The translations under genes and the position numbers were made by a program. From assembly GCA_937949615.1 (NCBI GenBank), contig CALEDQ010000008.1, positions 827,556 to 891,555 on the forward strand: a stretch of 64,000 nucleotides of DNA. Reading direction: 5' to 3'. Positions 18,324-27,440 of this stretch are shown piece after piece. This stretch comes from an uncultured bacterium (lineage in GTDB: Bacteria; Muiribacteriota; Ozemobacteria; Ozemobacterales; Ozemobacteraceae). The number at the start of each line of letters is the position of its first letter. Position 1 is the stretch's first letter. The notes beneath the pieces are model-generated. The model did no database searches and was not told the origin of the DNA. It worked only from the letters and a program-made list of their open reading frames with translations.

Positions 18324-19082
18324 TTAATTAGCCTTGATAACAACCGGATCAGCCGGATATTCGCCGGTCGAGCCGTTGGCCTTGCGGTCAGAATAATCTT
18401 TTATGCGGCTGTTGCCTGGAGAGACTCTGACAGTTGAAGATCCCGGATAAAATGCGGTGTCGCTTGCGAGATTGTTGAATTCAAGAAGAATTTCAGCAGC
18501 AGAAGCGGGAAAACTTGCCGGGCTGGCAAAAATACTGACTGCCACGTCTGAAGAAAACAAAAGATCACCGGCAGAGGGCGAAGCATTATCGTAAACAAGA
18601 GCGGTGTCAGACGCCGGAATAAAGCGTGAGAATTCAAGACGGAGCAGATCTTTCTGGCTTATCATACGGTTATTGTCGATGTCGACCCAGGTAGCGCGCT
18701 GCAGCGTCAACGGCGGTTTGTAATCAACGACGATATCATCGCGCTCGACACTGTTATCCGGGCCATTTGACTTAACCTGGCCCTTCAGCCAGTCGACTTC
18801 GTAATCGCGACCCCATGGGTCACGGGGCAGGTCCTGCAGGTAATGCCCGAGCAGTACGCGCAGGTCGGTTCCCTGGAATGGCCGTTCGGCCATTGTGTCA
18901 TGCTTAACCAGAGCCTCTTTGATGATATCAAGTTCGTGTTTGGCCTTGGCAAGACGCGACTGCCTTACATAATCCTGATAATAAGGCAGGGCAACGCCAA
19001 TCAGTATGGCGATGATGGTAACGACGATCAACAGTTCAATCAAAGAAAATGCTCGTTTATTCATGGTTGAAAATACTACCAT
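18324..19082 (-). CDS. Extended GspG-like pseudopilin (prepilin-type N-terminal cleavage/methylation domain), 252 aa
   Basis: The class-III leader plus hydrophobic helix is MNKRAFSLIELLIVVTIIAILIGVALPYYQDY. GspG core motifs DPWG and GPDNS are present. The shared linker is YKPPLTLQRATWVDIDNN...LRLEFSRF, followed by a variable C-terminal ~90 aa. The gene ends 2 nt from the start of the 934-aa ligase gene. Confidence 0.8.
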   Translation of the reverse strand: MVVFSTMNKRAFSLIELLIVVTIIAILIGVALPYYQDYVRQSRLAKAKHELDIIKEALVKHDTMAERPFQGTDLRVLLGHYLQDLPRDPWGRDYEVDWLKGQVKSNGPDNSVERDDIVVDYKPPLTLQRATWVDIDNNRMISQKDLLRLEFSRFIPASDTALVYDNASPSAGDLLFSSDVAVSIFASPASFPASAAEILLEFNNLASDTAFYPGSSTVRVSPGNSRIKDYSDRKANGSTGEYPADPVVIKAN

Positions 19083-19172
19083 ACCCTTTTTCTCCCAACA
19101 ACTAAAAGCTTAATACGAACACAAGACAGAGCTGCTCAACATTAGATCCACAGAAAATTTTGCGCCGGCTCT

Positions 19173-21140
19173 TCATTTCTCAGTCTGGTTCAGATTGATG
19201 CGGTTGGCGGCGATACCCATACCAAGAAGGCCCCAGAAAACCGGGGCAATGCCGACAATGCTGTCATTGAAAATTGCAGCGACCAGATACGCCACTATCG
19301 CAGCCATTATTCCAAGGCCTGCGATTTCAGATAAACTTTCAAATCGGCATTTCCAGTATATTTTTGCCGACTCCCGCAGATAAACCGCAAACAGTGCCAG
19401 AATCGCAAACAGCGAAATCATACCGGAGTTGATGGCAATCTGAAGATAAAGATTATGCGGCTTTTCGATCATGGTAAAGATACCACTCGGCCAGACCCGC
19501 AGTTTTCCAAGATAATCGTGATTGGGGAAATGGAAAGCGAAAGTATCAGGGCCATAGCCGACCAGCAAAGTCTTTTTGAGCATGGGCAGCGTTCGCGACC
19601 AGATATACCCGCGATTGCTGGCCAGGCCCTGACAACCGGCAAAACCAAATGCTTCGACTTCCTGAACATCGACCGGTTTACCAAACTGATTGATCAGCTT
19701 GAAGCCCCTATCAGTGTTCACCACATAAAAACTGACGCCGCCACGCCCGATTTCGAAAACATTGTATTCAGGCCAGGCATAGATAAGAAAGCCACGCATC
19801 TTTTTTTCAGGAAAAATCAGCAGATACTCTTTTGAAGTGAAGAAACCACGGCCGGTTCCTGAGGCAGTTTCGCTTCCGGTTGTCGTTACAGCGACAGGTG
19901 TTACCGCCTGATTTCCGGGCAGCGACTGGAAAATGCTCGTCGAGCTGCTCGCCAGTGCGGTAAAAGAAGCGAGCGGCGATTTATTGTCAGTTCTCAGATG
20001 CGGGTTAGGTAAAAGACTGTAGTTAACCAACTCCCCTTTGTGATCGTAGAACTCGACCTGCTCATTGTTCAGTCTGACTTCAGTTTTCAGGTCGTCGAAA
20101 ACGAACGAGAATGAATCGGTGGCCAGCTTGAGATCCTGAAAATTGCCAAAAAGATTGTTTCTGACCTCTACGGGTCTGGCGATAGAAGTTTCAAGAAATC
20201 TAGGCACTTCTTTTTCTTTCCAGGTAAAGGCATCCATGGCGAACGGCATCAGGGAGAAGCACAATAGAAGCAGAGCCAGCCGCCGCTTGCGCGCCCAGAC
20301 TTCGCGCCAGACGAAAGGAAGCAAGATTAAAGCTGCAATTACAGCACCGAGAAAACCGGCCCTCGATTTGGAGCCGAGCAGATTGCAGAAAATCAGCAGA
20401 TTGATCGGTATCAGGGCAAATTTCAGGCGGTTGTTAACGAGCAAAGCCAGCGCGAAAGTCAGGGCGAAAAGCATGGCCATGTAGCTGCCGGTGAAGTTGC
20501 CGTTGCCAAAGGTCAGAAAAATCGAATGCATACTGCCTTTCAGCTGGCTGAGATTGATGCCGGGCTGCAGCTGCCGCACTTTTTCAGGCACGATAAGCCA
20601 GTCAGCCATTTCAGAATACAAAAAATTGGCACCCAGAAACTGGGCAACGCCGGCAATCGCAAGAATTGTGGCTGAGACCAGCAGCATGCCCAGCAGAATT
20701 TTAAGCTCCCGCCGCGTTTCGGTCAGGTTGATAAAGAGAAAAATGATGCTCATGTAGCTGAGATGCACGAGCATTCCCTCGTGTCGGTGCGGATCGCCGA
20801 AGAACGCAATCTGCCAGTGGTCGGCAAAAATCGTCGAGACAATGATGAAAAAGCTGTATACAGCAAGAGGCCGATGATACCAATTTGCGGTTGTTACACG
20901 GTTACATCGATACCACGCCAGCGCTGTCGCCGCCAGAATACAGGTCCATACCGATTTATAGAAAGAAAACAGATCGCCCTGAATCGAAGGCCCATAAGTC
21001 TCAGCAGCGGCGCCTTCAAAGGTCACCAGCCGCATATAAACTATCATAGGCAGCAACCCGATGATCGCACCCATCAGCAGTAGCGGCAATGCCGAAACCG
21101 GTCTTGTCGGAACAGACTTTTCTTCTAAAGATTCGCTCAC
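19173..21140 (-). CDS. O-antigen ligase/PglL-like membrane protein with a ~200-aa periplasmic insert (655 aa)
   Basis: Polytopic. It carries GNGNFTG, SRAGFLGAVIAAL and GYGPDTF....EKPHNLYLQIAINSGMIS (GxGxxxF...H-N-x-Y-L-Q). It is a paralog of the 21232-23271 product. The start codon is GTG. Confidence 0.75.
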   Translation of the reverse strand: MSESLEEKSVPTRPVSALPLLLMGAIIGLLPMIVYMRLVTFEGAAAETYGPSIQGDLFSFYKSVWTCILAATALAWYRCNRVTTANWYHRPLAVYSFFIIVSTIFADHWQIAFFGDPHRHEGMLVHLSYMSIIFLFINLTETRRELKILLGMLLVSATILAIAGVAQFLGANFLYSEMADWLIVPEKVRQLQPGINLSQLKGSMHSIFLTFGNGNFTGSYMAMLFALTFALALLVNNRLKFALIPINLLIFCNLLGSKSRAGFLGAVIAALILLPFVWREVWARKRRLALLLLCFSLMPFAMDAFTWKEKEVPRFLETSIARPVEVRNNLFGNFQDLKLATDSFSFVFDDLKTEVRLNNEQVEFYDHKGELVNYSLLPNPHLRTDNKSPLASFTALASSSTSIFQSLPGNQAVTPVAVTTTGSETASGTGRGFFTSKEYLLIFPEKKMRGFLIYAWPEYNVFEIGRGGVSFYVVNTDRGFKLINQFGKPVDVQEVEAFGFAGCQGLASNRGYIWSRTLPMLKKTLLVGYGPDTFAFHFPNHDYLGKLRVWPSGIFTMIEKPHNLYLQIAINSGMISLFAILALFAVYLRESAKIYWKCRFESLSEIAGLGIMAAIVAYLVAAIFNDSIVGIAPVFWGLLGMGIAANRINLNQTEK

Positions 21141-21231
21141 AAAATGCCTCGCAGAAACGGTTGTAAAATCAATAGCATTTAATCAGCTGCGAGGCAAGCT
21201 TTGAATAGCAGCAGTAATTCACAGTGCAGCT

Positions 21232-23271
21232 CTATTGCACAACCGGCGGAGTAAGAGGTTCAGCCTTGTTTCTGGTCAGGTTTTCCATAACCATACGGTT
21301 TGTGGCAAGCCCCAACCCGAGCAAACCCCAGAAAACCGGAGCGGTTCCCACCATACTGTCATTGAAAAAACCATTAACCAGATAACTGAAAATTGCCACA
21401 AAAATTGCAGCACCAGAAACACTAAGATAATCATTCAAATCGATTCTAAAATATAGATAGGCCGAATTGAATAAATACCTTACCCAGAAAATCAATATTG
21501 CTATCAGCGCAATAATCCCATTGTTAAAAGCAATCTGCAGATAAAGACTGTGGGGCTTTTCGATCAGAAGGTTCATCCCCTGAATCCAGTGTCTAAGCTT
21601 GCCAAGATGATCATAATTCGGGAAATGGGCAATGAAGGTATCCGGACCATAACCCAGCAAAACAGCGTGCTTCAGCAAAGGCAATGTTCGAGACCAGATA
21701 TAGCCACGGCCACTTCCAAAACCCTCCATTCCCTTGAATCCCCATGATTCAACTTCTCTTATTACAGCCGGCTTCCCTCTATGATTCAACAATTTAAAAC
21801 CATTTTCACCATAAGACAGAAAAAAAGTCACGCCGCCCCGACCGATTCTTAGAATATTTCTGTGCGGCCAGATATTGATAATAAAACCGCGCAATCTGTT
21901 TTCAAGAAATTCTACCAGCTGTGGATGACCAAGAAAAAGCTCTTCGGAAGATATCACAGGAGCAGAAAAAGTAGCATTACCTGTTTTATTGGCAGATTCT
22001 TTATACTCTTCATGCTCTTCACCAAGTAGAAGCTTGGTTTCGTCAAGCATCATAAAGACAGGTTTTCCCAAAGAACTGCCTGAAGCTGATTGAGCAGCAA
22101 GAGAAGCGCTTGAAGTGGCAGACCCACGTTTTAACAGTTTAAAAGCTACAGGCGCTCCAGTCGAATCAAAAAACTCAAGCTCTCCGGCATCAGATTTGAT
22201 CTTTAATTTTACCTGGTCAAATATTACTTCCGCAGAATTTCCATTTAAAATCAAGTCTTTAAAGACTCCATAGCTCCCCAGCGAATAAATCAGAGGCCTG
22301 CCAAAAGAAGAAGAAAAAAATCGTGTCTGTCCATTTCGCAAAGAATGTGCATCCATAACGAATGGAATCAAAGAGAAACAGGCGATTATGATTAAAAGCG
22401 ATCCAATCTGATTTTTAAGTCTTTTCCGAAAAAGAAGAATACAAAAAACACCACCGAGCATACCCGCCAAAATCGCTGATCTGGCGACACAACCGAGCAT
22501 GACGATGTAAAGGACAAGGCAGAGTGCTGCAACACAAAACTTTTTCCAGCCTCGCAAGTTAAGAAAAAACGAAAACGCAAGCGGGAACAGCATCGATACA
22601 TAAATACCCGTATAATTACTGTTGCCAAAAGTGGCAAAAATCGTTTCTGTCGATTTTTGAATTTTTTCAAGTGCGTAAGCCGGCATTATTTCTTTAATAC
22701 GGCCTGGAATCAGTATCGACGTCCCAAGCTCTGAGAAAAAATAATCAAACCCAAAAAATTGCGAGGTTCCAACAATTGCAATTATTAAAGCCGATGCCAG
22801 CAAAGATTTCATTAAGAAATTAGATGTGGAAACATTTCGAACAATGTTAAGAAAAAGAAGCAGAATGGCCATGTAACACAAATTGACAATAAGCCCCTCG
22901 TGGCGCTCCGGGTCTCCCCACAAGGCCAGGCGCCAATGAACAGCAAACACCGTAGACAGTATCGCTGCGGTGGAATAAACAACCAGCAGGCGCGAGTAGA
23001 CGAAATTACCGCCTCGATGAAAAAGAAACCATAAAACAGAAGCTCCTGAAAGGAGAATTATCCAAACCATCTTGTACCAGGTAAAAAAATCAGTATTGAA
23101 ATCTTTGGCAAATATTTCCCTGGAAATCCCCTCGTAAGGAACAATACGAAGATATACAATCAACGGAACAAGGCTGATTATAGCAGCTAAAAGAGCCTTA
23201 ATTAAAAAAGTAGGCTCAGCTTCTCCCTGCGAAGAATCATCGCGCAAATTGGCATTTTCAAAATTTTGCAT
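21232..23271 (-). CDS. O-antigen ligase/PglL-like membrane protein with a periplasmic insert (679 aa)
   Basis: HWRLALWGDPERHEGLIVNL, GNSNYTG and GYGPDTFIAHF...EKPHSLYLQIAFNNGIIAL match the paralog at 19173-21140 and the ligase motif. The start lies 10 nt after the stop of the upstream pseudopilin gene. Confidence 0.75.
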   Translation of the reverse strand: MQNFENANLRDDSSQGEAEPTFLIKALLAAIISLVPLIVYLRIVPYEGISREIFAKDFNTDFFTWYKMVWIILLSGASVLWFLFHRGGNFVYSRLLVVYSTAAILSTVFAVHWRLALWGDPERHEGLIVNLCYMAILLLFLNIVRNVSTSNFLMKSLLASALIIAIVGTSQFFGFDYFFSELGTSILIPGRIKEIMPAYALEKIQKSTETIFATFGNSNYTGIYVSMLFPLAFSFFLNLRGWKKFCVAALCLVLYIVMLGCVARSAILAGMLGGVFCILLFRKRLKNQIGSLLIIIACFSLIPFVMDAHSLRNGQTRFFSSSFGRPLIYSLGSYGVFKDLILNGNSAEVIFDQVKLKIKSDAGELEFFDSTGAPVAFKLLKRGSATSSASLAAQSASGSSLGKPVFMMLDETKLLLGEEHEEYKESANKTGNATFSAPVISSEELFLGHPQLVEFLENRLRGFIINIWPHRNILRIGRGGVTFFLSYGENGFKLLNHRGKPAVIREVESWGFKGMEGFGSGRGYIWSRTLPLLKHAVLLGYGPDTFIAHFPNYDHLGKLRHWIQGMNLLIEKPHSLYLQIAFNNGIIALIAILIFWVRYLFNSAYLYFRIDLNDYLSVSGAAIFVAIFSYLVNGFFNDSMVGTAPVFWGLLGLGLATNRMVMENLTRNKAEPLTPPVVQ

Positions 23272-23281
23272 ATGATAAGAC

Positions 23282-23995
23282 TCAGAGAGGCTTTATGAGA
23301 ACCGGCGAATCATTTTTGCATGGTTTGCCATCGCCATCCACTATTTTACAGTCGCTTTTCACAGAAAGAGTGTCAACACCAACTAAGAATGGCGATGACG
23401 GCCCAAAGTCCAGTGTAACCTTGACCATCATATCATGTTCTCCATATTCGATTGATTGATAAGGATTACCCGGCGCGCCATTCGAATAAACGAAGTCATC
23501 GTCTGCAATCGGTGCGAGAACCGGCCCATCGACTGCCAGTCTACGAAGAGGCCGGGTAAACTTGACCTTTAATTTATCGCCAGTATCTACGATCTGAGAC
23601 TTATTTGAGTCTTCCCAGAAAACACGGGAAATCGCAAGAGGGGGGCGAAAATAAAGAGCTATTTCATCGCCGGTTCCGGCCAGCCTGTCAGGCCCGGTTG
23701 AATAACAGGTAGATGACGCCGGCGAAACCATATATGAAACACCCCATGGGTCTGCCATGCCTTTATTCAAATAAGATCCAATAAGCCGATGTAAACCATT
23801 CTCGGTATAAGACGTCTCCTGGTCAGATTCAAAACGCATCAAAGCATTTCTAATTTCTGTTAAGTCCTGCTTTGCTTTTGTCAGGCGGGCCTCTTCGACA
23901 TAATGCTGCACGAATGGAAGTACCGCTCCCACAAGAATGGCGATAATCGTGATTATAATAAGGAGTTCCAGCAGGGTGAAAGCATTTTTTTTCAT
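23282..23995 (-). CDS. Extended GspG-like pseudopilin, 237 aa
   Basis: MKKNAFTLLELLIIITIIAILVGAVLPFVQHYVEEARLTKAKQDL, then DPWG and TGPDRLAG. The shared linker is FRPPLAISRVFWEDSNKSQIVDTGDKLKVKFTRPL, followed by a variable tip. An A8 homopolymer sits in codons 2-4. Confidence 0.8.
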   Translation of the reverse strand: MKKNAFTLLELLIIITIIAILVGAVLPFVQHYVEEARLTKAKQDLTEIRNALMRFESDQETSYTENGLHRLIGSYLNKGMADPWGVSYMVSPASSTCYSTGPDRLAGTGDEIALYFRPPLAISRVFWEDSNKSQIVDTGDKLKVKFTRPLRRLAVDGPVLAPIADDDFVYSNGAPGNPYQSIEYGEHDMMVKVTLDFGPSSPFLVGVDTLSVKSDCKIVDGDGKPCKNDSPVLIKPL

Positions 23996-24003
23996 TGGTT
24001 CCG

Positions 24004-24040
24004 CCTAAAAAAATAAGCCCTCTGGCAAAGCCAGAGGGCA
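24004..24040 (-). terminator. Rho-independent terminator between two pseudopilin genes
   Basis: Stem gccctctggc (24017-24026) pairs with gccagagggc (24030-24039) around an aaa loop. On the minus strand it is followed by TTATTTTTTTT. It begins 8 nt past the TGA stop of the 24047-24784 gene. Confidence 0.65.
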
Positions 24041-24046
24041 ATTCCA

Positions 24047-24784
24047 TCACTTAAGAGGCTTGATCGAATATTCGTTTGCGTTACATTCGTTCGGAGTAGG
24101 AGTAACCTGATCGCGCAAACTGCCGTTTCTAACATAGTAAAGAGCATCGCGACCAGAGACGAAAGAAGTTGAAGGAATACCACCAAAGGTGAGAACTGCT
24201 TCACGTGCTCCAGTACCCATAGCACATGTAATTGTCACGCCGCCCATCATAGCTGCGATAGTGCCAGTTGTTCCATTGATATTAACGCCCCAGTCAGCAT
24301 TGTCCATACCGCCAACATCAGTGGTAGAAACCGGTCTTGAGAATCTTACGCGCAGAGAGTCGTTGGTTGTAACAGAAGCTGAGTTGTCGGCATCAACAAA
24401 GAACACCTTGGTAACGGCAAGAGGAGCTCTGAAATCAACATTGATGTCATCACCCTGACCATCATTGTCAACTCTGTTAGCGCCCCATGAGCGAATCTGA
24501 CAGTCATTGTTAATTACCTGATAAGGAACGCCCCATGGGTCTGTAATAGCCTTGCCAAGATAAGCACCGACGAGAGGAGTGATTGTGGCATCAGTGTATT
24601 CAGTGCCACGATCGAGTTCGTAGCGGGTAAGAGCGTTCTTGATTTCGTTCATATCGGCTTTTGCAGTTGCGATACGAGCGTCTTCGACATAATCCTGCAC
24701 ATAGGGGATCGCGGCGCCGGCGAGGATTGCGATGATCGTGATGACGATCAACAGTTCAATGAGAGTAAAACCTTTTCTAAGCAT
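24047..24784 (-). CDS. Extended GspG-like pseudopilin, 245 aa
   Basis: Start moved to the second ATG (MLRKGFTLIELLIVITIIAIL), which has an AGGAGG Shine-Dalgarno 8 nt upstream. DPWG is present, and the linker is FRAPLAVTKVFFVDADNSASVTTNDSLRVRFSRPV. The C-terminal tip is variable. Confidence 0.8.
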   Translation of the reverse strand: MLRKGFTLIELLIVITIIAILAGAAIPYVQDYVEDARIATAKADMNEIKNALTRYELDRGTEYTDATITPLVGAYLGKAITDPWGVPYQVINNDCQIRSWGANRVDNDGQGDDINVDFRAPLAVTKVFFVDADNSASVTTNDSLRVRFSRPVSTTDVGGMDNADWGVNINGTTGTIAAMMGGVTITCAMGTGAREAVLTFGGIPSTSFVSGRDALYYVRNGSLRDQVTPTPNECNANEYSIKPLK

Positions 24785-25004
24785 GTACATGCCCTCCTGT
24801 AAATTATGATCTTATCAGATCTGAATCACCCAACAGACTTTTGCAGTGGGTTTTGCCGCCCACCTACGGCGTCTTCACCAGTCATTCAGTTTTGGCAGCT
24901 GCAGCGACACAACACACCTCACTGCCCGGCACCTCCTGGTCTTCGAGATTCCGTTTTTCTGAAATCATTCAGATACTTCGTAAAACCAACCTGTCTAAGT
25001 TGTA

Positions 25005-25021
25005 AGCAAAAGCTGTACCAA
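25005..25021 (-). promoter_or_regulatory. Sigma-54-type promoter candidate (TGGTAC-N5-TTGCT) upstream of the 24047-24784 gene
   Basis: The minus strand reads TTGGTACAGCTTTTGCT. The GG (-24) and GC (-12) elements are separated by exactly 10 nt as in the TGGCAC-N5-TTGCW consensus. It lies 8 nt after the upstream gene stop and ~220 nt upstream of the ATG. Confidence 0.4.
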
Positions 25022-25028
25022 CTTTAAA

Positions 25029-25775
25029 TCACTGCGGCAGAATTGTTACATTCTGACTGCTGAGACAGTAGTTTTTGTCTGGAGACTGGTCGAAGATCGT
25101 GTTATGACCGTCTGTTACCACAACATAGTCGCCACCAAGAGTGAAAGCATTGTTTGCAGCCACTTTATACACCAGAACCTTGCTTGAACCAACCAGAGTC
25201 GGACCGTATGTTGGCGAAACGCCAACCAGACCAGGCTGCAAAACCGTGACTCCATTGAGATAAAGGTTAAGACCAATGCTGGTAATCCCAACTCCACTTC
25301 CAAGCTTTCGGCTGAAAGCAAGGTGCAGCTCATCACTAACATTCTGGGTATCTACTGCTCCAGACTGGTTTTTGTCTACCCATTTGGCACTCACAAGAGC
25401 AAGCGGCGGCTGATAAGGCACGCTGATATTGTCATATTTGTCTTCATCAGCATCAGTATCAATACCAGAACGGTCGGGCCCGAGGGAAAAGACAGTCCCT
25501 CTCTCAGGAGAAACAACATAGGCAGAACCCCATGGGTCAATCGGGGATTTATTCAGGTAACGACCTGTAAGATCGCCGACGTCTTCCTTGGTGTATTCAC
25601 CTTCTCTGGTCTCATAAACTGCCAGAGCGCGGGCAACTTCTTCAAGGTCGGTCTTGGCCTTGGCAATACGTGATTCTTCAACGTAGTTCTGAACATACGG
25701 CAGTGCAGCCCCGGCCAGTACCGCGAGAATGGTTATGACAACCAGAAGCTCTATCAAAGTAAAACCTTTTTTCAT
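25029..25775 (-). CDS. Extended GspG-like pseudopilin, 248 aa (tandem paralog)
   Basis: MKKGFTLIELLVVITILAVLAGAALPYVQNYVEESRIAKAKTDLEE, then DPWG and LGPDRSG. The linker is YQPPLALVSAKWVDKNQSGAVDTQNVSDELHLAFSRKL. A GAAGGA Shine-Dalgarno is present. The N-terminal ~150 aa are near-identical to the 25800 paralog. Confidence 0.85.
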   Translation of the reverse strand: MKKGFTLIELLVVITILAVLAGAALPYVQNYVEESRIAKAKTDLEEVARALAVYETREGEYTKEDVGDLTGRYLNKSPIDPWGSAYVVSPERGTVFSLGPDRSGIDTDADEDKYDNISVPYQPPLALVSAKWVDKNQSGAVDTQNVSDELHLAFSRKLGSGVGITSIGLNLYLNGVTVLQPGLVGVSPTYGPTLVGSSKVLVYKVAANNAFTLGGDYVVVTDGHNTIFDQSPDKNYCLSSQNVTILPQ

Positions 25776-25799
25776 TTTAATCCTTCTTTCAAATTCAGT

Positions 25800-26546
25800 T
25801 TATTGTGGCAGAATGTAAACTTTCTGACTGCTCAAACAATAATTTTTCGGAGCTGCAACGTCAAAAATCTCGCCATGACTGTCGGTCACGATCAAATAAT
25901 CCTGGCCAACGGTAAAAACAGGGTTAGCGGCCACTTTGTATACAAGCACTTTGCTTGCACCGACAACTGTCGGCCCATAGGGGGTCACACCAACCACCAT
26001 CGGGCTCACGCCCGAGGACAATTTGGTAGCAGAGTTCAAGTAGATATGATCACCAAAATTTGTTATGGTAACAGCGCCCAGTTTGCGACTGAAGGTAAGA
26101 TGGAGCTCGTCGCTGACGTTCTGCGTGTCAACCGCACCCGACTGGTTTTTATCGACCCATTTGGCACTTACCAGGGCAAGCGGCGGCTGGTAAGGAACAT
26201 TGATATTATCGTAATTATTGGAATCACTGCCATCCAGGCGGTCAGGGCCTTTGGAATAAACAATGCCGTTGCTCGAGGAAACAATGTATTCTGAACCCCA
26301 CGGATCGATGGGCGATTTGTTCAGGTAACGACCAGTAAGATCTGAAACGGTAGTCTTGGTGTATTCGCCTTCACGAGTCTCGTAGATGGCGAGAGCACGG
26401 GCAATCTCTTCGAGGTCAGTTTTGGCCTTGGCAAGACGCGACTCGGCAACGTAGTTCTGCACGTAAGGCAGAGCAGCGCCGGCGAGAATTGCCAGAATGG
26501 TAATGACCACCAGCAGTTCAATAAGTGTGAAACCTCTTCTCAACAT
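25800..26546 (-). CDS. Extended GspG-like pseudopilin, 248 aa (tandem paralog)
   Basis: MLRRGFTLIELLVVITILAILAGAALPYVQNYVAESRLAKAKTDLEE, then DPWG and KGPDRLDG. The linker is identical to the 25029 paralog over YQPPLALVSAKWVDKNQSGAVDTQNVSDELHL. An AAGGAG Shine-Dalgarno is present. Confidence 0.85.
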   Translation of the reverse strand: MLRRGFTLIELLVVITILAILAGAALPYVQNYVAESRLAKAKTDLEEIARALAIYETREGEYTKTTVSDLTGRYLNKSPIDPWGSEYIVSSSNGIVYSKGPDRLDGSDSNNYDNINVPYQPPLALVSAKWVDKNQSGAVDTQNVSDELHLTFSRKLGAVTITNFGDHIYLNSATKLSSGVSPMVVGVTPYGPTVVGASKVLVYKVAANPVFTVGQDYLIVTDSHGEIFDVAAPKNYCLSSQKVYILPQ

Positions 26547-26573
26547 AAAAATGAAATCTCCTTTAGAGAATTG

Positions 26574-27311
26574 TTACCTGGATGACGTTATCGTCACGTT
26601 TTGACTGGTAATGCAATAATTGGCTGTACCCGGCGCCCGGTCACGAATGCCGGAGCCGTCATAAACCCACAGAGAGTCGCTGCCAGGGCCAAAAACGTTT
26701 TCGAGGCCATTATCAACGGCGACCGTCATGACATTACCAGATGAATCAAGCTTCAGAGAGCTCCAGTCCATGGCGGTGGTTATGCTGGGCGCGGTCCAGC
26801 GGAAATACTTGTGCGCCTCATCAGGCGAAACCAACGCCGGGCTGGTGGCCACAATCTTTCTTGAAAACATCAGCTGCAGATAATCACTGACATTCTGGGT
26901 ATCTACCGCCCCGGAATTATTGGCATCGACCCACTTTACAGAGACAAGAGCCAGCGGCGGCTGATAGCTCACGGTGATATCGTCGAGATTATTGTCAATA
27001 CGGTCCGGACCACTCGAAAAGACAACGCCGGCGCCGGTTGCGACCACATAAGACTTACCCCACGGGTCGATAGGCGATGAATTAAGGTAGCGGCCGGTCA
27101 ACAGCCGCAAAGTCGAGTCATTGTAAGTACCCTCTCTGGTTTCATAAACCGCCAGGGCTCTCTTGATCTCTTCAAGATCAGATTTTGCTTTCGCAATGCG
27201 GCTCTCAGCCACATAATTCTGCACATAGGGAAGCGCTGCTCCCACCAGAATGGCGAGAATCGTAATTACCACCAGCAGTTCGATCAGCGTAAAACCAGAT
27301 CTTTTAAGCAA
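26574..27311 (-). CDS. Extended GspG-like pseudopilin, 245 aa (tandem paralog; TTG start)
   Basis: The TTG start is preceded by GGAGGG at 4-nt spacing. The product is LKRSGFTLIELLVVITILAILVGAALPYVQNYVAESRIAKAKSDLEE with DPWG and SGPDRIDN. The linker is YQPPLALVSVKWVDANNSGAVDTQNVSDYLQLMFSRK. The C-terminal tip is divergent. Confidence 0.8.
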   Translation of the reverse strand: MLKRSGFTLIELLVVITILAILVGAALPYVQNYVAESRIAKAKSDLEEIKRALAVYETREGTYNDSTLRLLTGRYLNSSPIDPWGKSYVVATGAGVVFSSGPDRIDNNLDDITVSYQPPLALVSVKWVDANNSGAVDTQNVSDYLQLMFSRKIVATSPALVSPDEAHKYFRWTAPSITTAMDWSSLKLDSSGNVMTVAVDNGLENVFGPGSDSLWVYDGSGIRDRAPGTANYCITSQNVTITSSR

Positions 27312-27440
27312 TTTTCCCTCCAGAACTCGTACCTGATCTTAAAAAGTAACCCAGTAACACAGCTTAGTCAACTTTTACCGAATCTTTTCAAATTATAAAT
27401 AAATATTTCTTTATCTTTTATAAGAATTTTATTCTCAACC

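Noticed and set aside
16660-18327. 555-aa plus-strand ORF
   Set aside because: It is antisense to the well-supported O-antigen-ligase gene at 15517-18321. Its translation is Arg/Gly/His-rich low complexity. It has no RBS and no motifs. It is a typical shadow ORF in GC-rich coding DNA.
24806-25027. 73-aa plus-strand ORF in the spacer between pseudopilin genes
   Set aside because: It has no RBS and is Cys/Pro-rich junk. The spacer is better explained as the 5' leader carrying the sigma-54-like motif for the 24047-24784 gene.
24047-27311. Tandem near-identical repeats as a possible CRISPR array or IS element
   Set aside because: The repeat units are ~750-bp protein-coding genes with RBSs and prepilin leaders. 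They are not short direct repeats with spacers. No transposase or inverted terminal repeats are present.
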